64,000 bases of DNA from Octopus vulgaris (lineage: Eukaryota). The position numbers were made by a program, and so were the translations under genes. This document shows, piece by piece, positions 1 to 12,703 of the stretch (within the stretch, counting starts at the first letter, position 1; the number at the start of each line of letters is the position of its first letter). Location of the stretch: positions 64,852,001 through 64,916,000 of the forward strand of contig OX597827.1 in the NCBI GenBank assembly GCA_951406725.2, written 5' to 3'. Below the pieces are notes generated by a model. That model searched no databases and was not told the origin of the DNA. It saw only the letters and a program-made list of their open reading frames with translations.

Positions 1-68
1 TCGACTTAATTCGTTTGTCTGTCCTTGTTTGTCTCCTCTATGTTTAGCCCCTTGTGGGTAATAAGAAA
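1..68 (+). mobile_element. 3' tail of SINE family A (long-tail variant), truncated by the window edge
   Basis: TCGACTTAAT..TTTGTCTGTCCTTGTTTGTC..CTCTATGTTTAGCCCCTTGTGGGTAATAA is the reverse complement of the tails at 32008-32080 and 56958-57020. Confidence 0.8.
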
Positions 69-70
69 AC

Positions 71-230
71 ATATATTGACTTCAGTGTTTCACTGGTACT
101 TAATTTATCGACCCGGAAAGGATGAAAGGTAAAGTCAACCCCGGGGGAATTTGAACTCAGACCGTAGCGACTGGCGAAATACGACTAAGCATTTCCCCCA
201 GCGCGTTGACGAATCTGCCAGATCGCCGCC
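71..230 (-). mobile_element. tRNA-derived SINE family A (Meta-domain-like)
   Basis: Minus strand reads GGCGGCGATCTGGCAGATTCGTC..GAGTTCAAATTCC (B box) ..TTGACTTTACCTTTCATCCTTTCCGGGTCGATAAATTAAGTACCAG, which resembles the MetaSINE/Sauria central domain; several other copies in the window. Confidence 0.85.
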
Positions 231-1965
231 TTATATATATAAATCTATTAGTGTTGGTGCCGGTGTCATTCTCAACTGCTGGAATATTTATAGGTTTATA
301 TTCGTGTAGCATTGAATTTCGGTTTCCTTGCTTCGATTTGAGCGGATGACAAATGAACAACATTATTACACTGACATCTTTGTATATGACAATAAAATAT
401 TTGTTTCGGTTGATGTATTATTGTCAGTTACCATGATTGATGAGACTCCGTTCTCAATCAACCTTGTTAGGCATATCGTAAGCCATAAATACAAGACTCT
501 ATCTTGTACAGTATGCATTTAGTAAGCTGTACATTTCTATCATTTGCCTTGCAACGTTTTTTTAATATGTTATTCACAAAACCGTGCACAAATATGCACA
601 AGTATACACACACACATCCACAATTACACACATACTCAAATGTACACAAATACACACACATATCCAAATATATAAACATACACACACGCATACATATACG
701 CACTCTTAAGTATGTGTACGCAAATACATATACATATATATATATATATATATATACATATAATTTGTTTTTGTTTACACAGAGCTTTTATACGTATTAG
801 AGATATATAACAAAAATACTAATAAGAAATTAAAATTAACAGAAATCCTTCGATAAGATATTTTTATTTTAAGAAATATTATTAAATGCCTTTTTGGCAT
901 TCATTATCTCATTTATTTTAAGCTTAATTAGTTTACATCCTCTTGTTCTTGGAAAACTCTATATGGCTACAGATTTCCTATTCCTGTTAAATATCTATCA
1001 GATTATTTGTGAATTTAGAACAAAACGTTCTCGTTATATTTTACTTTGGGGTTCCTTCTAATTAGCTGCCTACAGTTTTTTTGCAGCCCAGTTTCTAGTC
1101 GTGATATAGAGACATAGATAGTGTTTAATTGCTGAAGGCAATTTTCAGTGCCCTGAAGTGATATAAAGGTAGCGTATGCAATGATTAGTTAATTCAATCT
1201 AAATTGTGTTATGGTAATAGATTTCCTATATTCCAGTCTACGTTTATTTAGGATCCCCTACAGCTTTTAGTTGATCAAAGCGAAGAGAGGAATAAAACGA
1301 TAGATTAATATGTAGACAGACAGACATAGAAAGAGAGGGAGAGAGAGATAGAGAGAGTGTGAAAGGAAGACATTGAATGAAGAAAGGGTAGTCATTGGGG
1401 AAGAAAAATACCCTGGGGCAGACTTTAGATGAAACAGTGTGTGTGTCAGATGGAGTGAGTAACCAGAGGGCAAAAACTTGTAAAGTATTGAAAGATGAGT
1501 GAATAAGATTTTGTTCTAAACGCTTCACAATTTGTATTCAGCGAGGTGAAAAAATATAGTATCTTATCAGCAACATCAATAGTCAATCAGTAAAGTATGT
1601 CATCGATAGCCCAGTTTTAGTAATGTTAATATATGCGAGAGGGGAATAGTTTTGATTTAATTTTACACAGGAAATTTTTTTTTCCTGTGTATATTATATT
1701 ATCAATTCTTCCCTGAAACTGCGTGCAAAATAAAAGAAAAAAAGAATAAAAAACAGTGGTGACACAATTAAAAGTGGGACACTTAAATGAATTCGAAAGA
1801 TAACCTATATATGCTGACGCAGAAGACCCGCTGGCGACATAAACTAGAGCGCTTGTATGCACCAAAGTCCATATGAGAGGTTCTTTGATGGTAACCAACA
1901 CAACATCCACTTTTAAGTGGCTATAAATATTAACTTTTGACATTAATATTGCTTCAATTGCTGTA

Positions 1966-1995
1966 TTTATGTATGTATGTATGTATGTATGTATG

Positions 1996-2052
<57 letters not shown>

Positions 2053-2196
2053 AGGTAAATATATAAACATACAAACATATATGTATATGTGTATACATAC
2101 ATACATACATACATACATACAAACACATGTATACATACATACATGCATACATATCTATCTATCTATCTATATATATATATCTATATATATATATAT
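1966..2196. repeat. compound (TATG)n/(TA)n/(TACA)n/(TATC)n microsatellite
   Basis: Directly visible simple repeats; source of the YI/MYVC pseudo-ORFs. Confidence 0.95.
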
Positions 2197-2770
2197 AAAA
2201 CGCTTCCTGCCGAAGTCATTTTTGCCTTTCTTCCTTTTGATGTCCATAAGATAAAGAACCAATCGAGTATAGTTTGAGTGTACGGCGAAGATACCTTGTG
2301 GTATATGTTCAGGTTCTTTGTGCTCTGAATTCTTTTGTGTTCTGAATTCTTTGTGTTCCGAATTCTGTCCTAGTTTTAAGTGAATTAAGCAAGGTTAATT
2401 TTATTTTCAGCATTCGGAATCATATGTCCAATTTGTTTCAACAATCTCTGCCACGTGAAAATAAATAAAATGTCTTTTAATACGTGACAAATAGCAAAAA
2501 CACCTTTGCAGATATCAAAACTGTAGTCTCTTGAAAATCACAGGGTTAGCTTTTGATATAGCTTCAATATCTGATAAAGTATGCATTGGTTTGATGAGAA
2601 AGGGAATTCTCAACTTTCGAATTGCTACATTCGTATACCTATCTACCTACTTTCACTACTCATATGTGTGTAAACTTCGTAACTAATAGAAATGGGGGAA
2701 CAATGCATGAACTTAACTATTTAGCCCTAAAGTTATTTAGTGTAGATAGATAATTTGTTTCTAGTACTTA

Positions 2771-3282
2771 CCGTAAATCCTCGAGTATAGTCCGCCCTAG
2801 AATATAATACGCAGGGGACTTTTATGGGGCTGTACCTCTGAAAAACCTAAACCTTGTGTATAATACGCACTCCTTCTCTAACTTGAGTCAAGGAGGTCTA
2901 TATAACGTCCTTGGTTTTTAAAAATGTATATGGTAATGTCCTTTATTATTATTGTATATATAACATAATGCAAACGTGTAGCTTTTTTGTACATTTTGTT
3001 TGCAGAAAATAAAGAAATAACAGTAATAATGTTTAATAAATGTTGCTTATTGGAAGTTATAGATGATTCTTTTATGACCTCATTGCTTTCAGGCTTAGCT
3101 TAAGCTATTTTCGCGCCCTACATCGCAAAATTCGTCTGAATAAACATTGCCGGACAGAAAATACCGACTCGGACATTGCTTAGAAAATAATTTTCATTTT
3201 AAACCTCGTATATAATACGCACTAGTTATTTTGACCTTTAAATTTTGGGAAAAAATACGGAGTATACTCGAGGATTTACGGT
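2771..3282. mobile_element. 512-bp non-autonomous Tc1/mariner-superfamily (Tc2/pogo-like) MITE
   Basis: 24-bp TIRs CCGTAAATCCTCGAGTATA(G/C)TCCG with 1 mismatch; TA on both flanks (2769-70, 3283-84); internal TATAATACGCA motif three times; no ORF. Confidence 0.9.
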
Positions 3283-3299
3283 ATAGTAAAACTGATAAT

Positions 3300-4800
3300 T
3301 TAGAATTTTTGTAATACATAATTAAGTAGCATTCCATTAAGCGTAAGGTATAGGATTATTTCCAGTTAAGTTATGAAATAAGATCGGATTATAAACGAGG
3401 TTTGTTTTGGAAAGAGTCAAGATGTTAATGATATTTATAGGAAAACAAGTATACTTTAGGAAATCGTTAGTTAAAAATTTTAACTTGAGGTATATTTCGA
3501 AAATTTGAGAAAATTTGGAGTAGCGTAGCGTGAATCTTCAGAATGATTAGTTTCAATTAACGCCCGCAGTGATGGCTTTTTTTTTGCAATTTGTGGGTAG
3601 ATTATATTTTATTATTGTGGTTTATTGTAACAGTGTCAGTTCCGCAGGAGAGCGATTTTCGGACTTTTACTCAAAAGTTACGATCGATCTTTTCGCGGAG
3701 AACTGCAAACGAATCAAATGGTAAGTTTTGCTTCTCAGAACGCGTGATATGCTGTTTATATAACGAATATATTCGTTACAAATGTTTAGTTTGGCTCAAT
3801 TTTATATTTTTCTATAGGCTATTGATGGGAGAATATTGGTCTATAAATTTCGAATAATTAAAGTTTGTATTTAATAGCTACAGATCTACATTGGTTTATT
3901 ACCGTATCATTTTATTTTGAGGTGATTTGTATCTGCTTGTTAAAAAGATATGTTTTTTCCTTAGGTTTATATTTACTTCATTTTAATTAAAATCTTGTAT
4001 TTTAATTATGTTTCATAGATCAATAGAAGGAAATGTTTATTAGTTTATGTTCCTTAATTAATCTATGTTTATAGTTCTAAGGTGATTATTCCTTGGGTCA
4101 AGCTATTCCTTGGGCTATTATTATTTTCCAATTTATTTATTTGCGACGTATATTTTTCGATTATGTTAAATTAATTTTTGTTTATTACGTTTAGTTTGTT
4201 TGTTTTTCTTTCAGTATTTTATCGTTATTAAGTTCTGTAGTTTTTATGTGGCAATATCCATTTCCATTATATTTGCCTGTTTTCTACATTTCTATACTTT
4301 AGTTTTTAATTTCTATTCTTGGTAGCTGTAGGTATCACGATTTAGGTTTGAGATTTGTACTTGTATTTCCTTTTGTAGCTGGTTTTTGTAAGCCTGATAT
4401 CGACACAATGAGCAATGAGCTAGGATTTGCCCCTCACTTCTTTTCTATCAATCCCCAGGCAGCTTTTATGTTTTAACGCTGTTTAACTACGAGATTGAGT
4501 GGTATTGTACAGGTGTCGAAACCATAATCATATCCATTTGTCAGCTGATGATGGATGTACGCACTTGATGTACTTGCTTATATGTATATGGTGTTGAGTG
4601 GGAACACATTGTATATTGTGTCTCAGTGTTTCGCGGTTGTTCTTCATTGAGTTTCTAGTTCTAAGATAGAATGGGCTAAACTTCCGATTGAAGTTTTTCT
4701 CTATGTATTATACTACAACTTGATACTGTGGTCATCCTACGTTGCGATTCTAGACCTGGTAAGGTTTGAAATTATTTAGGTACCTTAGAGTTTATGGATA
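3300..4800 (-). mobile_element. highly decayed Penelope-like element remnant
   Basis: Strand-biased AT-rich sequence; broken minus-strand translation near 3790-3850 (KFIDQYSP..KNIKLS) resembles the PLE RT C-terminal region; shares the GGTGTCGAAACCATAAT..CAGCTGATGA block with 33150-33195. Confidence 0.35.
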
Positions 4801-4854
4801 TTTTGATGCACATTCACACACATACAAAGACATTCAGACATACACGCACGCACG

Positions 4855-4885
<31 letters not shown>

Positions 4886-4891
4886 ACAGTG

Positions 4892-5303
4892 AGGCGTAGG
4901 AGTGGCTGTGTGGTAAGTAACTTGCTTACCAACCACATGATTCCTGGTTCAGTCGCACTGCGTGGCACCTTGGCCAAGTGTCTCCTACTATAGCCTCGGT
5001 CCGACCAAAGCCTTGTGAGTGGATTTGGCCGACGGAAACTGAAAGAAGCCCGTCGTATATATGTATATATGTATGTGTGTGTATATGTTTGTGTGTCTGT
5101 GTTGCCCCCCCCCCCCCCAACATCACTTGACAACTGATGCTGGTGTGTTTACGTCCCCGTAACTTAGCGGTTCGGCAAAAATGACCGATAGAATAAGTAC
5201 TAGGCTTACAAAGAATAAGTCATGTGGTCGACGTGCTCGACTAAAAGCGGTGCTCCAGCATGGCCACAGTCAAATGACTGCAACAAGTAAAATAGTAAGT
5301 AAG
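4892..5303 (+). mobile_element. tRNA-derived SINE family B (CORE-like, octopus OR-type), full length
   Basis: Head AGGCGTAGGAGTGGCTGTGTGGTAAG..GGTTCAGTC, then ACCTTGGCCAAGTG, an internal (TA/TG) tract, and the 3' end GGTGCTCCAGCATGGCCACAGTCAAATGACTG with a short-repeat tail. Confidence 0.9.
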
Positions 5304-5345
5304 ACCAAATAGTGATATTTTAAAATTTCACATATATTCCTTTCC

Positions 5346-5748
5346 AGTCTTCACTTGTTTTAGTCTTTAGACTACAGCCATGCTGGAGCACTCACTACCT
5401 TCCTGAATATTTCTTTTAGTCGAATGAATCGACCTCAGAACTGTCTTTTTTAACGTCAAGCTTGATACTTATATATAGCTGTGTTTGCAGAACCGTTAAG
5501 TTACGGGGACGTAAACACATCATCACCGGTTGCCAATTGGTGGTGGGACACACATACACGCACAGCCCAACCCCACACGTATATTCGACGGACGTCGTTG
5601 AGCTTCCGTCTGTCAAATCCACTCACAGGGCTTTTGACCGATTGGAAGCTATAGTAGATGAAGACACTCGCCCAAGGTGCCATATAGTTGGACTGAACGC
5701 GGAATCATGTGGTTGGGAAGCAGACATCTTACCACTCTGCCACACCGA
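5346..5748 (-). mobile_element. SINE family B, diverged copy, tail-to-tail with the preceding copy
   Basis: GCCATGCTGGAGCAC..AAGTTACGGGGACGTAAACAC..AAATCCACTCACAGGGCTTT..CCCAAGGTGCC..ATGTGGTTGGGAAGC. Confidence 0.85.
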
Positions 5749-6652
5749 GGATTGTCACGCATGATGATCAGATCTCGTGATAGTTTGCTCTTCATAACAG
5801 AAAAACGAGACTCAATACAGCGCTTTATTACGCTGAATAAATTACACACCGTGATTAAATATATATTTGCTTACAAGCCTATTCTCCGTGTCTTATACCC
5901 TCAAGACACTGCACATTGTGAAAAATTATAATTACACCAATATAAGTCAACGACCTAATTTAAATTCTATTAAATTAAATGAAAGCTGCGGAATTTAATT
6001 ACCAAGCTAATTAATGATTCGTAAATTGCTTTAAAATTACAAAAACACGAACAAAAGAAGGTTGTTCATTTAGCTTCCCCATCTATGTCTCTGACGTTGT
6101 ATACTTAAGAAAATTGTAAAAAGGAAATATTTTTGTTTTTTTATGTAATATCTTCTGTAACATGTTTTGATATTAAATTCTTTTCCGTTTAGTAGATTCG
6201 TGATTTTGTATTCTAGTTAGTATGAAGCGCATATTATTTGCATACTTTTGTATACTTTTGTAATTTATTACTATTTGCAACTTATGATTGATAATAAACT
6301 TATTTGGAAAAAAATCTCTCTTTTGAAAATGTTTTAGTTTAAATTTTGCTTTACATATCTTTCCAAAATTGTTTTTTAAGGTAATGCTTATGTGTCTGAC
6401 TGACAGTGCTTGTGAGTGCACGCGTGTGTGTGTGTATATGTATGTATGTATGTATGTATGTGTGTGTGTGGGTATGTGTGTGTGTATGCATGTATGTGAT
6501 TGTGTGTGGGTATGTATGTGTGCGTATGCCTATGAGTGTGTGCGCGCGTGTGTGTGTGTGTATTTGGATGGTTGGATGTGTTAGAGAGGAGAGAAACATT
6601 AGTTTTTACTTTTTCAATTGTCTCTTTTTCCTGTCATCAGTACAATCCTTAT

Positions 6653-6981
6653 TTCTTCTTCTTCTTCTTCTTCTTCTTGTTCTTCTTCTTCTTCTTCTTC
6701 TTCTTCTCCTTCTTCTTCTCCTTTTTCTTCTTCTCCTTCTTCTTCTCCTTCTTCTTCTTCTTCTTCTTCTTCTTCTTCTTCTTCTTCTTCTTCTTCTTCT
6801 TCTTCTTCTTCTTCTTCTTTCTCTTCTTCTTCTTCTTCTTCTTCTTCTTCTTCTTCTTCTTTCTTCTTCTTCTTCTTCTTCTTCTTCTTCTTCTTCTTCT
6901 TCTTCTTCTTCTTCTTCTTCTTCTTCTTCTTCTTTTCTTCTTCTTCTTCTTCTTCTTCTTCTTCTCCTCCTCCTTCTTCTT

Positions 6982-7026
<45 letters not shown>

Positions 7027-7143
7027 TATCTTCTTCTTCTTCTTCTTCTTCTTCTTCTTCTTCTTCTTCTCCTCCTCCTCTTTCTTCTTCTTCTTCTTCT
7101 TCTTCTTCTCCTCCTCCTCTTTCTTCTTCTTCTTCTTCTTCCT

Positions 7144-7180
<37 letters not shown>

Positions 7181-7195
7181 ATCTTCTTCTTCTTC
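6653..7195. repeat. compound (CTT)n/(CTC)n/(CTA)n microsatellite
   Basis: About 540 bp of trinucleotide repeat; gives the poly-L/F/S/E/K pseudo-ORFs. Confidence 0.95.
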
Positions 7196-8094
7196 GCTTT
7201 TATTTCTATGTTTGTATATTTCTTCCATCTTCATTTAGAATTTATGTTTGTTTTCTTCTTCTTCAAACTCATTTATTCGATCCCATCTTACTGTCGACAT
7301 TTATTCTTTTCGTTTTTTTTTCTTTTTATTAAAACTCATCGTTGTTGTTCATGTTGTTCTTGTTCTCTCAACCCATTTCCTCTCCTATGTGTCACGTGTA
7401 CAACAGTTAGAGAAGAACTACTGGGGAATATAACAGTATTTATTCACAAGAATCCTTGCGAAAAAAACAAACAAAAACAAAAACAACAAAAAACAAGAAC
7501 AAAACAAATAATGCATCAATACTCGAAAAAATAATAAATTAAAGAAAATACAAAGCAAAACCCTCAGATAAATAATATGATATGGATTCACCAAACTAGT
7601 ATATTACTGTTATGTGGCAGGAAAAAAAAAATGAAAATAAAACCAAAACTGGATGAAAGTCCATTTCGGCAAAAGCAGTAAATGATATTTATTATAAAAT
7701 AAGATAACGAAACTCTTCTGATGGCTCTCAAACTTGTCTTAGTTTACGAATTTTATTACAGCTATTTATTTTATTGTCCCTGTGCGATAAAAGCCATTGA
7801 CTATACTGATGCCATTTGAATAAGTAATCTACAGCTAGAAACATTAAAAAGGCATCTGCTGAGGCGGGTCATTGTCTGTAACGAATACAGTGTTACTTTA
7901 AAAAGTAAAGTAACTCGACTTATTGTATTTAGTAGTAAAGGAAAGAAAATTGTTCGGATGTCATCCAAATTTTTTTCTCAAACGTAATCGTATAAGAATT
8001 CAATGGATATATCCACACCCTGATGGACGGGGTGTACGTAACTGGTTCAAAGATAGAATAGGGATAAAAAAACCCTCTTTCTGTGTCGTATAAT

Positions 8095-8320
8095 CTCATA
8101 AGTCCAGTTTCCAGGTTTCCGTGGCGCATATATTTCCAACCTCGGGACGAGACGCCGGTCCAGCGTAGGATGACGCATTTTTGCCAGCTGAGTGAAATAA
8201 ATCAACGTGAAATGAAGTGTTTTGCTCAAGAACACAATTCTTCGAACGATCCAGGAATCGAAACCGCAAACTTACGACCGTAAGTTCATCATTCTAAACA
8301 CTAAGCCACGCGCCTCCACA
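8095..8320 (-). mobile_element. tRNA-derived SINE family D (CORE-like centre)
   Basis: Minus strand: TGTGGAGGCGCGTGGCTTAGTG..GGTTTCGATTCC..TGTGTTCTTGAGCAAAACACTTCATTTCACG..CACTCAGCTGGCAAAAATG; head shared with family C. Confidence 0.8.
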
Positions 8321-8534
8321 CACCTAACTGGTTTTACCCCACTGCTTTCAAAAAAGACGTCTCATTTTGCTACGCGAAGCGGAAAGAGACATCCTGTAAC
8401 ACTTTATAAAGAAGATAATTTTTCATGTTTTCTTACGTTTTTCACTTAATACATAAAATTTCCCTTTACGAAGTAAGAATAAAATACAGTAATACCTCTG
8501 TTTTCCTACTCTAATCACGAATAAATCGTGCGTT

Positions 8535-8618
<84 letters not shown>

Positions 8619-8621
<3 letters not shown>

Positions 8622-8812
8622 GGTCCCGGGTTGAGTCGGGGTTAACCACAGTAAATAAGGTACTCAATACATAGCAGAGTAAATTGATTTATTTTATAGA
8701 AGGAGCTTCTACAGGACTAGAACTGTTTCATTCAAATGAAATCATCGTTCCTGATGATTTCATTTGAATGAAACAGTTCTAGTCCTGTAGAAGCTCCTTC
8801 TATAAAATAAAT
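8619..8812. mobile_element. PLE-type fragment with a perfect 60-bp fold-back inside (TA)n
   Basis: Arms 8687-8746 and 8753-8812 are exact reverse complements with a 6-nt loop; CTGATGA..GAAAC starts at 8751. Confidence 0.7.
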
Positions 8813-8825
8813 AAAAAATATATAT

Positions 8826-8891
<66 letters not shown>

Positions 8892-8990
8892 ATAGAAACG
8901 GTAAGACAACAAAAGAATGAAAGAGATCTCCGTATTATGTAAATAGAGGAATTTATCTGTAAATATATGTGACAGTTATTCGGTAGCCAT

Positions 8991-9050
8991 GATAAAACTC
9001 CGAGTTTCGGATGTCGGAGCGAAATCCATGCCACCATCTCTTCAGTTATC
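8991..9050 (-). ncRNA. type I hammerhead ribozyme motif within a short (TA)n-embedded element (~8890-9220)
   Basis: Minus strand: GATAA-CTGAAGA-GATG..CATC-C-GAAA-CT-CGG-AGT-T-TTATC; stem I GATAA/TTATC, stem II GATG/CATC, stem III ACT/AGT, cleavage triplet GUU. Confidence 0.7.
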
Positions 9051-10445
9051 CGCCCATCGAAAAAGTGCTTTGAAAATGACCGTTACATAAAGGGAAATTA
9101 CTGTGTGATTGACCGTTAGTAAGACAAAAGAGATATTAGAATGACCGCTGAGGGGAAGGAGTAAAGGTAAGGGAGTAAAAATGTTCATAGTATTCGCGCA
9201 AGTGCGCATGTCCATACCTACACACATATATATATATATTGATATAGATATATATAAAGCACGAGGTACTACTGTACTTTTATTGCTGGATATGAAAACC
9301 GTACATAGAGGAAATAATGAATAAGTATCTCCTCTTTTGTAAAAACCAGAAAATATCATTTCTACTTTTTGGCGAATCATTAAGATCATTATGAGAATGA
9401 CTACAAAATTTGATTACGCAGTCGAAGAGATGAATAAGTTAATTGTATGGCTATTTAAATCATCACGGTTTTACTTTCCTCACTTTCGCAACTGATATCC
9501 TTCTAAAATCCTTTTCGCCACTAGGTGAAGGATCTATATTGCCGACACTCCTTTTCATCAAATCTCTCTCAATTAACAATGCACAAGAAAAAAAACTAAA
9601 AAAAAACCAAAACAAACGAAGATGCAGTTGTCTTTGATTCTAGAATTGTTTGGACCCTCCCATCGTCCCTCCATTCACGTACTTTCGACTCACCCGTCTC
9701 TCCTCGTATAACCTATATCATGCATATTACTCCTTCAAGGTTTCACTCAAAATCCTACATTCTCAAAAAAACCGAAATTTCTATAATTATTACGCTGCAC
9801 GTGTATTTCCTTGTAACAAAAAACTGAAATACAACCAGTGCATGCGTTTATTATTATCATTAGCATAATGATCCTCCCGAGATATAAAAAAAAAAATTAA
9901 AGACATCAACCTCACCAGTATGGGGAAAGCCGACAAAGGCCACAAAGTCCACAAGCACAATTAATTCCGACCCCCACTACGACCCTAGACATAGCTTATA
10001 AAACGAATAACAAAAACGTTATAGAGATGTGGGTAGGCCAGGCAACGGGTTATGTTTTCATACTCAAATCTAATCTGCTTCAAATATCTGCTTCCTGACA
10101 ATGGATGCTAATTAAGCAATTCAATTTCTTCTCTTCGTTATAAAATGTCCAGCATTTTCTGTTTCAATCATAGCATTTCAATTGCCGGGAATATTATTCA
10201 TGTCTTTCAATGACTGCCTATTCCTTCTGTCACTCCTTTTTATATTAATACAGAAGGAAAAACTTATAGGTTATAAGCGACATTCGCATAATGCATTGTT
10301 CTATCACATTTTAATTCCATTAGGTTTCTGTTCTCTCGTAGCTCGTATACTATTTCATTCGCGATCGTAATGCTATTACTGCGTTCGGGATAAGAAAATT
10401 TATTTCGTTCTCATTGAAAATACGACAATGAAATATTGGCGATCT

Positions 10446-10497
<52 letters not shown>

Positions 10498-10634
10498 GTT
10501 TCTCGATTTGTGTGTGTGTGTATGCGTGTTTTCTTATGTGTATATGCTTGTGTGTAGTATGTGATTGTGTGTTTGAGGATGTCTTCCACCCTCTCTCTCA
10601 CCAGGCTTGGAAGTTCTGTAAAATGTAAGAAAGA

Positions 10635-10722
<88 letters not shown>

Positions 10723-10878
10723 CGATATCTGTGTACACATGTTTATCACATATATATATACATGTTTGGAGGTACGTGCATGTAAATATGTATGTGTGTA
10801 GGTATTCATGTATTTATAAAATTATACACGCACACTCACGTAAATGAACATACACATGCAAGTATGCATATATGTACG

Positions 10879-10928
<50 letters not shown>

Positions 10929-11574
10929 TATATATCTATGTATACATATATACTAAAATACATGCATACGATAGATCCATATCTAGTGTGCGTGTGTGTT
11001 TGTATACACACTTACTCGTACGTTCATATATACTTGCACACACACAAATATATATCAATATACTTAGATGGAATAACTTGTATACTTATAATCTTATATT
11101 AGTTTTCTGACTCCTAAATATTCCCGTTCGTATTTTCTTTATTGATGATATCGTGGAATTATATTTTCTCTGCATTAAATGTGATATATGAAAATTTGAG
11201 TCACGATACGGGGGCATTACAAACATTGCTGGCTATATTACAGGGCCAGCTATTGCAATAAAAAGAAATACTCAATCATATACGTAATGCTCATAATAAG
11301 AGACCATAATAAATTTCAGGAATTCCATGTACTGCCAAGAGTGGAGAATATAACGTTTCGGAGGTAAGCTCTTTGTCAAGGAGTTGAGACAAAATGTGTC
11401 ATTGCTTCAAATTGGTGGAGTCTAAGAGCAGAAGTGTGATTTGAAATAATACTGTTCAAGTATATTTTCCAGCATGCCTACACGCGCACGTACACATTCA
11501 TAGGGACACACACAAACATATACACACAGCATATTTATTAAATACATTAAGTTTGAGTAAGACCGACGTGGATA

Positions 11575-11925
11575 TTTCTCATTTGTTGTAGTCATTGAAC
11601 TGCTCTCACGCTGGGACAGTGTCTCGAAACGTTTTAGTCTATAGATCGATCACTGTATGTATGTATTTTTTAAAGTCTGGTACGTCTGCGAAGGTTTTAT
11701 TTTATCAGTTCTTTTGGTCGAAACGCTGGATCACGACGTCGTAAATAAATTAACATCGTTTGTCAGGCAGCGTTTGTCAGGCATCGTTTGTCAGGCATCG
11801 TTTGTCAGGCATCGTTTGTCAGGCATCGTTTGTCAGGCATCGTTTGTCAGTGAAGGAGTAAAATACAGGCACGAAGACACACATACAGACACATACACAT
11901 ATACACACATATATCTATGTATGTG
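11575..11925 (-). mobile_element. decayed SINE family B with an internal minisatellite
   Basis: Weak colinear match to family B (GTAGTCATTGAACTGC..GAAACGCT..CGTAAA..CATCGTTTGTCAGG..ACACACATA). Confidence 0.6.
11754..11850 (+). repeat. 14-bp minisatellite (CATCGTTTGTCAGG) x7
   Basis: Seven contiguous units, one with a T>G change and the last 1 nt short; no spacers. Confidence 0.95.
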
Positions 11926-11934
11926 ATATTTTCT

Positions 11935-12703
<769 letters not shown>

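Noticed and set aside
328-522. Possible exon ending at ATC|GTAAGC
   Set aside because: No recognisable homology and no convincing acceptor
4892-4965. tRNA genes at SINE heads
   Set aside because: A/B-box-like heads continue into SINE bodies; no complete cloverleaf or terminator was seen
6406-7534. Long ORFs (308 and 332 aa) and similar poly-L/F/S/I/N/H/YI ORFs throughout the window
   Set aside because: They are translations of stop-free microsatellites, open in several frames and on both strands
11754-11850. CRISPR-like array
   Set aside because: Units are contiguous with no spacers, the context is eukaryotic, and the unit derives from a SINE
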